In this document: positions 42,509 through 53,952 of the stretch, one piece after another
Layout of the letters: the number at the start of each line of letters is the position of its first letter
Numbering within the stretch: the stretch's first letter is position 1
Source: an uncultured Gemmatimonadaceae bacterium
GTDB taxonomy: Bacteria > Gemmatimonadota > Gemmatimonadetes > Gemmatimonadales > Gemmatimonadaceae
Reading direction: 5' to 3'
DNA: 64,000 nt
Assembly: GCA_963843845.1 (NCBI GenBank)
Contig: CAWJMB010000002.1
Coordinates: forward strand, 1,440,001 to 1,504,000
The notes under the pieces: model-generated
Told to the model about the DNA's origin: nothing
Databases searched by the model: none
The model's input: only the letters and a program-made list of their open reading frames with translations
Translations under genes and position numbers: made by a program

Positions 42509-43183
42509 ATGCAGCCCGCCCCCTCCGACCGCGCCGCTTCCGCCACTCGCCCCCGACCTCGCGCCGTCGCGGGGCGCTCCCACCGGCGTCACGATCGCGG
42601 ACGTCCCGCTCCCGCTCGACGGGCTTCCGCGGACGGCGCAGGACGTTCAGGGGTTGCGCGTGCGGCGTGACATGCTGCGCGAACAGCTCTCTCGCGCGAA
42701 CAACCGCCGCGAGAGCATCGCGAACGAGCTGAATCGCACGGGGAACGACGACGTCCGTACCGGCGTCCGTCAGCGCCTCGAGCAGGTCGATGCGCGCATC
42801 CTGCAGATCGAACGCGAGCAGGCGCTCACCGAACGACTGCTGACGAACGCGCCGCCCGGGTACTCGCCGCGACCACGAGGCTCGACGAGTCGCATCGGGG
42901 CCCGACGGTCGACGAGGACGAGGCGGTCGGCGTGGCGTTCGCCGCGTTCGGCGTCGGCATCGTGCTCACGCTCGTCGTCGGCCGCCTGCGCGCGCGGTTC
43001 CGGCGGCGGCGCGGCGGGCTGCAGCGGCAGGGCGCGGTCGCCGCTGTCGACGATCCGCGCATCGAGCGGCTCACGCAGGCCGTCGACGCGATCGCCGTCG
43101 AGGTGGAGCGGATCGGGGAGGGGCAGCGCTTCGTGACGCGCCTGCTCGCCGAGCCGGGGGAGCGCGCCACGCTGCCTCGCTGA
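42509..43183 (+). CDS. Hypothetical coiled-coil/TM/coiled-coil membrane protein, frameshifted
   Basis: Coiled coil, [15 protein letters not shown], tail [25 protein letters not shown]; start uncertain. Confidence 0.55.
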
Positions 43184-43191
43184 ACGCGCGA

Positions 43192-43217
43192 CGGGGCGGC
43201 CCAGGAGGGCCGCCCCG
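43192..43217. terminator. GC-rich hairpin between convergent genes
   Basis: cggggcggccc-agga-gggccgccccg, 11-bp perfect stem, no clear U tract. Confidence 0.6.
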
Positions 43218-43230
43218 CGCGGAACCGATA

Positions 43231-43280
43231 CGACCTGACGCGACCCGCCGCGACCTGACGCGACCTGACGCGACCTGACG
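43231..43280. repeat. Tandem 10-mer CGACCTGACG x5 (one degenerate)
   Basis: Direct reading, immediately downstream of the gyrB stop. Confidence 0.9.
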
Positions 43281-43284
43281 CGGC

Positions 43285-45394
<2,110 letters not shown>

Positions 45395-45415
45395 TTAGGC
45401 CGCGAGTTCCGGTCG

Positions 45416-45718
45416 CTAGGGCTGCCGCCGGAGCACCAGCCGGAGCCGCGCGATCGGCGGCCGCTCGGGGGCGTTCAGCCGCTTCAACAGCTCGGGCTCG
45501 AGCAGCGACAGCTCGTTCATCCACGCGTGATTGGCGACGGCGACGAACAGCGTCCCGTCCGGCGCGACGGAGAGCGGTTCGGTGACCGCCGCGATCGGCG
45601 CTCCGACGAGCGACGCCCACTCCGGCACGACGGCGGCCTGGGCGATGCGGTCGGCGACGCCGGCGTTCGCGAGAACGCTCGCCAGGAGGTCGCCGAGCTT
45701 GGCGGGGCGGGAGGGCAT
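45416..45718 (-). CDS. dciA: DUF721/DciA helicase-loader family
   Basis: WASLVGAPIAAVTEP, GTLFVAVANHAWMNELS; located between recF and gyrB. Confidence 0.85.
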   Translation of the reverse strand: MPSRPAKLGDLLASVLANAGVADRIAQAAVVPEWASLVGAPIAAVTEPLSVAPDGTLFVAVANHAWMNELSLLEPELLKRLNAPERPPIARLRLVLRRQP

Positions 45719-45757
45719 GGGAGGATGAAGATAGCCGAGCCCGCCCGTCGCGCCGTG

Positions 45758-46931
45758 TCAGTCCGTCGAGCACGCCGTCTCGAATCGCCGCGCCGCTCCA
45801 GCCTCGTCAGCTCCGCCGGAATGTCGGTCGCGCGCGGCACGACGAGGAGCGTCTGCCCCATCCCGGCCGCGCCCAGCAGCTCGAGAATCCGGTGCGACCG
45901 CCGCGCGTCCAGCTCGGCGAACGGATCGTCGAGCAGGAAGAGCGGCTCGCTGCCGCCGCTCGCTCGCAGCGTCGCCGCCTCGAGCATGCGCAGCGCGATC
46001 GCCGCCGTGCGCTGCTGTCCCGCCGAGCCGTAGAGGCGCAGATCGCGCCCGCCTAACGTGAGCTCCAGGTCGTCGCGATGCGGGCCCGCGTGCGTCACGC
46101 CGCGCTTGAGGTCGAGCGCGCGCTTCTCGGCGAGCGCCCGCTCGATCGCCTCGCGCGCCGCGGCGCGGTGACGCGTCGTCGTTCGAGCGCGAGCGCCGAC
46201 GTGTAGCGCATCCGCGCCGCCGCGCGCTCGCCGATCGCCGCGCACAGCGTGGCGAATCCCTCGGCGTGCGACGCGACCCACGCGCGCCGCTCGGTCCACA
46301 GCACCGCGCCATGCTCGGCCAGCGCGGGCTCCCACACGGTCGCCTGCGCCGCGTCGCGGCCGGAGCGCAGCGCGTCGCGCAGCGCCGCGTTCCGCCGCAC
46401 GAGCGCGCCGCGGTACGCCTGCAGCGCCGCGAGGTAGCGCCGCGACGTCAGCGCGAGCACCACGTCGAGGTAGCGCCGCCGCTCGCTCGGGCTCTCGGAC
46501 ACGAGCCGCACGTCGGTCGGCGAGAACATCACGCTCGGCACCGCGCCGAGCGCGTCGCTCAGCCGCGCCGGCTCGGCGCCGTCGAGCCGCACGCGCTTGC
46601 GCTTGCCGGCCCGCTCGAAGCCGACGCCGACGTCGTACGCGCCGGCCGCCGCGCCCACCCCTTCCACCGTGCCGGCGACGTGGAAGCCTGCGGCGCCGAA
46701 TCGCACGAGGTCCTGGTCACGCGCCCCGCGCACGGAGCGCAGCAGCTGGAGGTAGTAGACCGCCTCGAGCAGGTTGCTCTTGCCATGCCCGTTCTCGCCG
46801 ATGACGACGAGCCCGTCTGCCGACAGCGCCAGGTCCTGCCGCTCGAAGTTGCGAAAGTCGCGGAGTGCGAGCCGCAGCAGCCGGACGCCCGGGCGCGCCG
46901 ACGATGCCGTCGCGGGCTCGCCGCCGCTCAC
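45758..46931 (-). CDS. recF: DNA replication/repair protein RecF, frameshifted
   Basis: DFRN, GENGHGKSN, RRRYLD, GPHRDD, SAGQQR, LLDDPFAELD. Confidence 0.95.
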
Positions 46932-47707
46932 CGCCCGGTGAACTGCGCCGGGCGCTTCGCGAGGAACGCGGCGGTCCCTTCGCGCATGTCCTCCGTGCTC
47001 GCCGCGAGGGCGAACTGGTACGCCTCGAGCTGCATCGCCTCATCGAGCGGAAGGTCGTAGCCCGCGTTCACCGCGGCGATGCACAGCGCGAGTGCCGTCG
47101 GCGCGTTCGCGAGCATCTGGTTCAACAGCGCGCGTGTGCGGTCCATCAGCTCGCCGGCCGGCACCACGGCGTTCGCGAGACCGACCCGGTACGCCTCCGC
47201 CCCGTCGATCATCTCTGCGGTCATCAGCAGCTGCAACGCCCGGCCGCGGCCGACGAGCCGCGCCAGCCGCTGCGTGCCGCCGTAGCCGGGGATGAGGCCG
47301 AGCTTCACCTCGGGCTGCCCGAACTTGGCGAGGTCGCTCGCCACGCGAAGGTGACACGCCATCGCCAGCTCGCACCCGCCGCCGAGTGCGAAGCCGTTGA
47401 CGGCGGCGATCGTCGGCTTCGGCGACGTCTCGAACTTGCGGAACACGAGCTGCCCGCGTCGGGCCAGCGCCTGCATCTGCAGCGGGCTCTGGCCGCTCAT
47501 CGCGGAGATGTCGGCGCCGGCGATGAACGCGCGCCCCGCGCCGGTGAGAATCACGCCGCCGACGTCGTCGCGCCCGACCGCCTCGTCGATCGCCACCCCC
47601 AGTTCGGCGATCGTCGCGTCGTTCAGCGCGTTGAGCTTGTCGGGGCGATTGACGGTGATCGTCGCGATCCGGTCGGCGACGTCGAAGAGCACGTTTTCGT
47701 AGGCCAT
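46928..47707 (-). CDS. Enoyl-CoA hydratase (crotonase)
   Basis: NRPDKLNAL, AGADI, GGGCELA, FGQPEVKLG, GGTQRL. Confidence 0.93.
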   Translation of the reverse strand: MAYENVLFDVADRIATITVNRPDKLNALNDATIAELGVAIDEAVGRDDVGGVILTGAGRAFIAGADISAMSGQSPLQMQALARRGQLVFRKFETSPKPTIAAVNGFALGGGCELAMACHLRVASDLAKFGQPEVKLGLIPGYGGTQRLARLVGRGRALQLLMTAEMIDGAEAYRVGLANAVVPAGELMDRTRALLNQMLANAPTALALCIAAVNAGYDLPLDEAMQLEAYQFALAASTEDMREGTAAFLAKRPAQFTGR

Positions 47708-47769
47708 AGGCCCCGAATCTACTCGACGCGAACTACGGGACCACGATTTGCCAGTCGCTCACCGGCGTC

Positions 47770-48831
47770 ATGGCGAACACTCCCATCGTCCGCAGAGGCA
47801 CGACGCGCAGCGGCTTCCGCTACGAGACGGAAGCGGGGCGGCCCGTCACGGCCGCGGCGACGCTCGAACGCATCGAGGCCCTGCGCATCCCACCGGCCTG
47901 GACGGAGGTGCACATCGCGGCCTCGCCGGGTGCCGCGATCCAGGCGTGGGGGTTCGACGCGAAAGGGCGGAAGCAGTACCGCTACCACGACCGCGCCGTC
48001 GAACGGGGGCAGCTCAGGAAGTACTACCGCGTCCGGCGCCTCGCGCACGACCTGCCGCGCGTCCGCGCCGCGCTCGACCGCGACCTTCGCCGCCGCGCGC
48101 TCGACGAGCGCCGCGTCGCCGCCGGCGTCGTGCGGCTCATCAGCGAGGCGTTCTTCCGCGTCGGCAACGAGCGGTACGCGGCGGAGAACAACACGTTCGG
48201 GATCGCGACGCTGCTCAAACGCCACGTGACGCTGTCCGCGGACCGCGCCGTCTTCTGCTACGTCGGCAAGAAGTCGATCGAGCAGCGTCAGACGATCTGC
48301 GATCCGGCACTGCTTCGCTTCGTCCGCGCGCTCATGCGCTCGCCCGGCCCGCGCCTGTTCCGCTGGCGTGACGACGCCGGCTCCTGGCACGACCTCTCGG
48401 CGCGCGACGTGAACGCGTATCTGCACGACGTGCTCGGGTCACCGTACACGGCCAAGGACTTCCGCACGTGGGGCGGCACGCTGCGCGTCGCGACGATCCT
48501 CGCGGACCTCGGTGCTGCGGCGTCGGCGCGCGAGGCGAACACGAACGTGCTCACCGCGCTTCGCCTCGTCGCCGCGGACCTCGGCAACACGCCGACCGTC
48601 TGCCGCGCGTCGTACGTGCACCCGCTCGTCATCGCGCGCTACCTCGACGAAGGCACGACGATCGCGCCGTTCCTGCCGCGCCGGACGAGCCCCCTGCCGT
48701 CGCCCCGACGCGAGGAGCGGGCGCTGATTCGGTTCCTCGACAAGTTCTTTCCCGAGCGCCGCCAGACGCGGCGCGATCGGCGCCGACGCGTGCGGGACGA
48801 CGACGCGCGGCGTGAGCGGCGCGCCGCCTGA
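47770..48831 (+). CDS. Bacterial DNA topoisomerase IB
   Basis: IPPAW, GRKQYRYH, RVGNERY, GKK, KDFRTW, LGNTPTVCRASYVHP (catalytic Tyr). Confidence 0.93.
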   Translation: MANTPIVRRGTTRSGFRYETEAGRPVTAAATLERIEALRIPPAWTEVHIAASPGAAIQAWGFDAKGRKQYRYHDRAVERGQLRKYYRVRRLAHDLPRVRAALDRDLRRRALDERRVAAGVVRLISEAFFRVGNERYAAENNTFGIATLLKRHVTLSADRAVFCYVGKKSIEQRQTICDPALLRFVRALMRSPGPRLFRWRDDAGSWHDLSARDVNAYLHDVLGSPYTAKDFRTWGGTLRVATILADLGAAASAREANTNVLTALRLVAADLGNTPTVCRASYVHPLVIARYLDEGTTIAPFLPRRTSPLPSPRREERALIRFLDKFFPERRQTRRDRRRRVRDDDARRERRAA

Positions 48832-48891
48832 CGCGCCGCCTGACGCGCCGCGCGGAACCTCGGCGGCGGCGCGGTGTGGATCATCGTACCC

Positions 48892-49557
48892 ATGGCTCGC
48901 TCACTTCCGCTCGCCGCTGCGCTCGACCGACACCGCGCCGCGCTCGCCGCCTGCACGCGCTGTCCACGACTCCCCGGCGTTCGGCCGGTGCTCTCGCTCG
49001 CCCGCGGGCCGCGCATCATGCTCGTCGGTCAGGCGCCGGGGCGCGCGGAGGCGGAGAACGCGCGCCCCTTCACCGGCCGTGCAGGGCGCACGCTCTTTCG
49101 CTGGCTCGACCGCGCCGGGATCGACGAGCACACGTTCCGTGCGCACGTCTACATCGCGGCCATCACGCGCTGCTACCCGGGTCCGCACCCGGCGGGGCGG
49201 GGTGACCGTGTGCCGAGCCCGGCGGAGCGCGCCACGTGCTCGGGCTGGCTCGACGCCGAGCTCGCGCTGATCCGCCCCGCCCTCGTCATCCCGGTCGGCC
49301 GACTCGCCGTCGATCGCTTCCTCGGGGGCGCCTCGCTCGACGCGCTCGTCGGGGGCGCGCATCAGGTGACGCATGGTGGGGGACGGTCGACGGCGATTCC
49401 GTTGCCGCATCCCTCGGGCGCGAGCAGCTGGCTCAACGCCGCCGAGCACCAGGCGCTGCTCGCGTCGGCGCTCGACGAGCTGAGGATCCGCTTCGCCGCG
49501 CTCGGCCTCGCGCGGGAGGCAGCGTGGCAGTGGCAGCCCATGCCGGGCGTGGCATGA
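48892..49557 (+). CDS. Uracil-DNA glycosylase superfamily protein (Fe-S, family 4-like)
   Basis: CTRC, VGQAPG, PFTGRAG, RCYPG, C, PHPS. Confidence 0.85.
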   Translation: MARSLPLAAALDRHRAALAACTRCPRLPGVRPVLSLARGPRIMLVGQAPGRAEAENARPFTGRAGRTLFRWLDRAGIDEHTFRAHVYIAAITRCYPGPHPAGRGDRVPSPAERATCSGWLDAELALIRPALVIPVGRLAVDRFLGGASLDALVGGAHQVTHGGGRSTAIPLPHPSGASSWLNAAEHQALLASALDELRIRFAALGLAREAAWQWQPMPGVA

Positions 49558-49955
49558 CCGGCGGACGATCGCGCCGCGCGTCGGCGCTGCTGCTCGTCGT
49601 CCTCTCGACGTCGGCCGAGGCCCGGCAGGCGCCGGCGAGCCCGGCGCCGCCGGACACGACGCCGCGGCTGCGGCCGGCTCCGGACGCGTGGCTCGGCGCC
49701 GACAAGGCGAAGCACGCGTTCGTCAGCGGTTTCACCTTCGCCGTGAGCTACGCCGGCGCGCGAGCGGCCGGCACCAGTCGTCGCGCCGGTCTCTCGGTCG
49801 CGACCGTCCCGACGGCGATCGTGGCGCTCGGCAAGGAGGTCCGCGATCGCTTCGTCGCCCGTGGCGTCGCTCGCCACTTCAGCGTGCGCGATCTCCTGGC
49901 CGACGTCGTCGGCGCCGCCGCGTACGCCGCCGTGCTCGCCCGCACGTCTCGTTAG
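49554..49955 (+). CDS. YfiM/DUF2279-like membrane or exported protein
   Basis: DAWLGADKAKH, GKEVRD, FSVRDLLAD. Confidence 0.72.
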   Translation: MTGGRSRRASALLLVVLSTSAEARQAPASPAPPDTTPRLRPAPDAWLGADKAKHAFVSGFTFAVSYAGARAAGTSRRAGLSVATVPTAIVALGKEVRDRFVARGVARHFSVRDLLADVVGAAAYAAVLARTSR

Positions 49956-50045
49956 TCGGCGCCACGGCTATATTGCAGCGGCGCACGCCGGCCCAGCGGC
50001 CGGCGCCCTCACCCACGGCAACACGCGGCGCCCGCCGCAGGCCCT

Positions 50046-50522
50046 ATGAAACCGCGCACCAAGTTCCTCATCGGCGGCCTGTTCGTCCTCGGCAGCGCCG
50101 GCTTCCTCATGGCGAGCTCGATCAAGGACACCGGCCAGTACTATCTCACGCCGGGCGAGCTCGCCGCGAAGGTGACGAAGGACCCGACGTTTCGCGAGAG
50201 CGGCGTCAAGGTCGGGGCGCGCGTCGTTCCGGGCAGCATCAAGCGCGACCCCGGCGGCCGGTCGCTCACGTTCGACATGACCGACGGCCAGCACACCTAC
50301 GCGGTCGCCTACCGCGGCCTCGCGCCCGACACGTTCACCGACGGCGTCGACGTCATCGTCGAAGGGCGGCTCGGGACCGACGACACGTTCCGCGCGACGA
50401 CGCTGCTCGCGAAGTGCGCGTCGCGCTACGAGAACGCGCCCGAGAAGGAGAAGTACCGCGCGACGCCGGGTTACCAGGGGCCGGGGATGCAGAGCGCGCC
50501 GCCCCCCGCGACACGCGCGTGA
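50046..50522 (+). CDS. ccmE: Heme chaperone CcmE, CxxxY variant
   Basis: YYLTP, YRGLAPDTF, LLAKCASRY. Confidence 0.92.
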   Translation: MKPRTKFLIGGLFVLGSAGFLMASSIKDTGQYYLTPGELAAKVTKDPTFRESGVKVGARVVPGSIKRDPGGRSLTFDMTDGQHTYAVAYRGLAPDTFTDGVDVIVEGRLGTDDTFRATTLLAKCASRYENAPEKEKYRATPGYQGPGMQSAPPPATRA

Positions 50523-50524
50523 CG

Positions 50525-52598
50525 ATGGGCTCAGGCTTCGCGTCGGGCCTCATCCTGATCGGCGAGCTGGCGCTCTGGGTCGCGCTGCTCATGGCAGCGT
50601 GGAGCGTCACCGTCTCGTTCGCCGGCGCCACGAGCGCCCGCGCCGATCTCGTTCGGAGCGGCGAGCGCGCGCTCTACGCCACGGCCGGATTCGTCGTCGT
50701 CGCGAGCATCGGGCTGTGGACGGCGCTGTTCGCGCACGATTTCTCGGTCAAGTTCGTCGCGAGCTACACCAGCGCGAACCTCCCGACGGTCTACACGTTC
50801 ACGGCGTTCTGGGCCGGTCAGTCTGGCTCGATGCTGTTCTGGTGTCTGATCCTCGCCCTCTACTCCGCTGCCGCCGTCTACACCGGGCGCGGTGAGAAGA
50901 CGCGGCATTTCATGCCGTACGTGACCGGGACGTTGAGTACGATCACGCTCTTCTTCCTGCTCACGATGTGCTTCGGCGCGAATCCGTTCGAGCGCCTCGA
51001 CTGGATCCCACCCGACGGGCGCGGCATGAACCCGCAGCTCCAGAACCCGGGGATGGCGATCCACCCGCCGATGCTCTACCTCGGCTATGTCGCGACGTCG
51101 GTTCCGTTCGCCTACGCGATCGCTGCCCTCGTCACGCGCCGCCTCGACGCGGAGTGGCTGGCGCCGGTGCGGCGCTGGTCGCTGCTGAGCTGGTTCTTCC
51201 TCACGGTCGGCATCACGCTCGGCATGTGGTGGGCCTACGTCGAGCTCGGGTGGGGCGGCTACTGGGCGTGGGATCCGGTCGAGAACGCGTCGCTGCTCCC
51301 GTGGCTCACGGGCACGGCGTTTCTCCACTCGATCATGATCCAGGAGAAGCGAGGCATGCTGCGGAAGTGGAACGTGACGCTCGTCGTCGTCGACGTTCCT
51401 CCTCTCGATCCTCGGCACGTTCATCACGCGCTCGGGCATCATCCAGAGCGTCCACTCGTTCGCGCAGTCCCCGGTCGGCAACTGGTTCGCCGCGTTTCTC
51501 CTCGCGAGCATCGCCGTCACCGGCTACCTCGTGGCGACGCGGCTGAAGGACCTCAAGTCCGACGCGCAGCTGGAGAGCATGCTCTCGCGCGAGGCGGCGT
51601 TTCTCTACAACAACGTCGTGCTCGTCGGCATCGCGTTCTCGGTCCTCTGGGGCACGCTGTTCCCGATCATCTCCGAGGCGGTCCAGGGCGAGAAGATCAC
51701 GGTCGGACCGCCGTTCTTCAACACGGTGAACATCCCGTTGGGCCTGCTGCTCCTGGGCCTCACCGGCGTCGGCCCGCTCATCGCGTGGCGCCGCGCGTCG
51801 GTCGCGAACCTCCGCCGGCAGTTCACGTTCCCGGTCGGCGTCGGTCTCACGGCGGGCACGCTGTGCTTTCTGTTCGGCATGCGCGACTTCTACGCGATCG
51901 TCTGCTACACGCTCGCGGCGTTCGTGCTGGGCACCATCACGCAGGAGTTCCAGAAGGGCATCGGCGCCCGGATGCGGATGCACGGGGAAGGGATCGCGCT
52001 CGCGTTCGCGCGGCTCGTCGGGCGGAACCGGCGCCGGTACGGCGGCTACGTCGTGCACTTCGGCATGCTCATGATGTTCGCCGCGTTCGCCGGGCTCGCC
52101 TTCAAGCGCGAGGCGGACGTGACGCTGAAGGCGGGGCAGTCGCACGAGATGACCGACCCGTATGGCCACCGCTGGCGCTTCACGAGCAACGGCGCCTCGC
52201 AGTTCAAGACGCTGAACCGCTACGTCACCGCCGTGTCGCTCGACGTTACGCGCGACGGCGAGAAGGCGGGCATCATCACGAGCGAGAAGCGCCAGCACGT
52301 CGACAGTCAGGACCAGCCGACGTTCGAGCCATCGACCGAGGCCGGCATCCAGGAGTCGCTGCGGCAGGACGTCTTCGTCGTCCTCGCCGGGGTGAACCCG
52401 ACGACCGAGGAAGCGGAGATCCGCATCACGTTCAACCCGCTCGTCGAGTGGGTCTGGTTCGGCGGCATCATCATGGCGATCGGCGGCCTGATCGTGATGT
52501 GGCCGCAGGCCGAGCGGCGCCGGGCGCAGAGCGGGTACGTCGCCGTGCTCGCGCCAGAGTCGGACGCGCCGCCGCAGCTCGTCGGGGCGGCGTCGTGA
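50525..52598 (+). CDS. ccmF: Cytochrome c heme lyase CcmF (one frameshift near 51390)
   Basis: MNPQLQ, IHPPMLYLG, WGGYWAWDPVENAS, YGGYVVHFG. Confidence 0.96.
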
Positions 52599-53251
52599 GC
52601 GAACCCCTCGACCGGCGCCGCTTCCTCGTCGCGGTCGGTGCCGGCGCGCTGAGTGCTGCGGCCGCGTCGTTCGCCGTCACCCGGACGATCACGGCCCAGA
52701 CCCAGGTCACGGGGCGGCCGGAGACGGTGCCGGAGGTCCCCGGTGGCACGATGGACGGAGACGGCTACCTCCCCGTCCGCCGCGCGGCGAAGCCGGGTGC
52801 GACGCCGCAATTGACGGCGCAGCAGCGCGACGACCTCGAGCACATGCTCTCCTGCCCGTGCCCTTGCACGCTCGACGTGTTCACGTGCCGCACCTCGATG
52901 TCGTGCGGCTTCTCGCCCCGCATGCACGCCGACGTGCAGCGGCTCGTCGACGGCGGCTATTCGGCCGACGAGATCGTCGCCGCGTTCAGCGACGTCTACG
53001 GCCAGCAGGTGTTGATGGCTCCGAAACGCGAGGGATTCAACCTCGCCGGCTACCTCGCTCCGTTCGCCGCGATCGGCGCCGGCGGCCTCACGGTCGCGAT
53101 GCTCATCCGGCGGTGGGGGCGCCGCGCCGCACTCGCCCGTGCCGCTTCGACGTCGGCGCCGCGCTCGACTGCGCGCGTGGAGCCCGTGAACGCGACGCCC
53201 GCCGAGCTCGCCCGCCTCGACGCCGCCATCCGCGGCGACGACGACGCCTGA
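52595..53251 (+). CDS. ccmH: CcmH/CcmL-like protein with twin-arginine signal and Cys-rich motif
   Basis: DRRRFL; LSCPCPC...TCRTSMSC; YGQQVLMAP followed by a TM helix. Confidence 0.75.
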   Translation: MSEPLDRRRFLVAVGAGALSAAAASFAVTRTITAQTQVTGRPETVPEVPGGTMDGDGYLPVRRAAKPGATPQLTAQQRDDLEHMLSCPCPCTLDVFTCRTSMSCGFSPRMHADVQRLVDGGYSADEIVAAFSDVYGQQVLMAPKREGFNLAGYLAPFAAIGAGGLTVAMLIRRWGRRAALARAASTSAPRSTARVEPVNATPAELARLDAAIRGDDDA

Positions 53252-53283
53252 GCGCACGGCGACTCCGCAGCTTTCATCACTCG

Positions 53284-53835
53284 ATGCTCCTGCTCGCCCT
53301 CCCTCCCGGCATTCTCGCGCTCGGCGCCGGCACCGCACTCGCGTTGGGCGCTGCCGCGCTCGTCCTCGCGCCGCTCGTGAGCGACGAGGTCGTCGAGCCG
53401 CGGCCGACACGACCCCGCCGCGCGCCGTCGTCGCCGACCGACCAGTCGAGTGCGATCGACGCGCTGCGCGAGATCGAGTTCGACCGCGAGACGGGGAAGC
53501 TGTCCGACGCGGACTACACGGCGCTGAAGGCGTCGTACACGCAGGCCGCGCTCGACGAGCTCCGCGCGCGCGACGCGGCCGGCACGCCGACGCCGCCCGG
53601 CGTCACCGACGACGCGGTCGAGCGCGCCATCGCCGGCTATCGCCGGCATCCAGCCACCACGAAGGCGGTGTGCCCCGTCGACGGCGCGCGCCCCGAGGCG
53701 GACGCGCTGTTCTGTTCCGCGTGCGGGCGCTTCCTGGGCTCGACGTGCTCGCACTGCGGAACGGCCGTCGCGAGCGACGACGCCCGCTTCTGCACCGGCT
53801 GCGGCAACGCCCTCGGCGTCGCGGCAGCGGCCTGA
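53284..53835 (+). CDS. CcmI-N-like membrane protein with double zinc ribbon
   Basis: [37 protein letters not shown]. Confidence 0.7.
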   Translation: MLLLALPPGILALGAGTALALGAAALVLAPLVSDEVVEPRPTRPRRAPSSPTDQSSAIDALREIEFDRETGKLSDADYTALKASYTQAALDELRARDAAGTPTPPGVTDDAVERAIAGYRRHPATTKAVCPVDGARPEADALFCSACGRFLGSTCSHCGTAVASDDARFCTGCGNALGVAAAA

Positions 53836-53952
53836 CGCGGCCATCCGCCAGAGTTCGACCTCGGTCGACGGCACGAGCGGCACCACGCGCCGCAGCCAGC
53901 GTCGGGCATGCCGGCTTGTATTCGGGCTCCGCCGCCGGCACCTTTCCATGTT

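Noticed and set aside
43231..43280. Repeat run as a CRISPR array
   Set aside because: 10-bp head-to-tail units with no spacers and no cas genes
47770..48831. Topoisomerase IB as a tyrosine recombinase or viral insertion
   Set aside because: Motifs fit the known bacterial TopIB family; no att sites or mobile genes nearby
48892..49557. UdgX-type suicide glycosylase
   Set aside because: Lacks the KRRIH loop and has GQAP in motif A
53836..53952. LexA box upstream of uvrA
   Set aside because: No convincing match to CTGT-N8-ACAG, GAAC-N4-GTTC or GTTC-N7-GTTC
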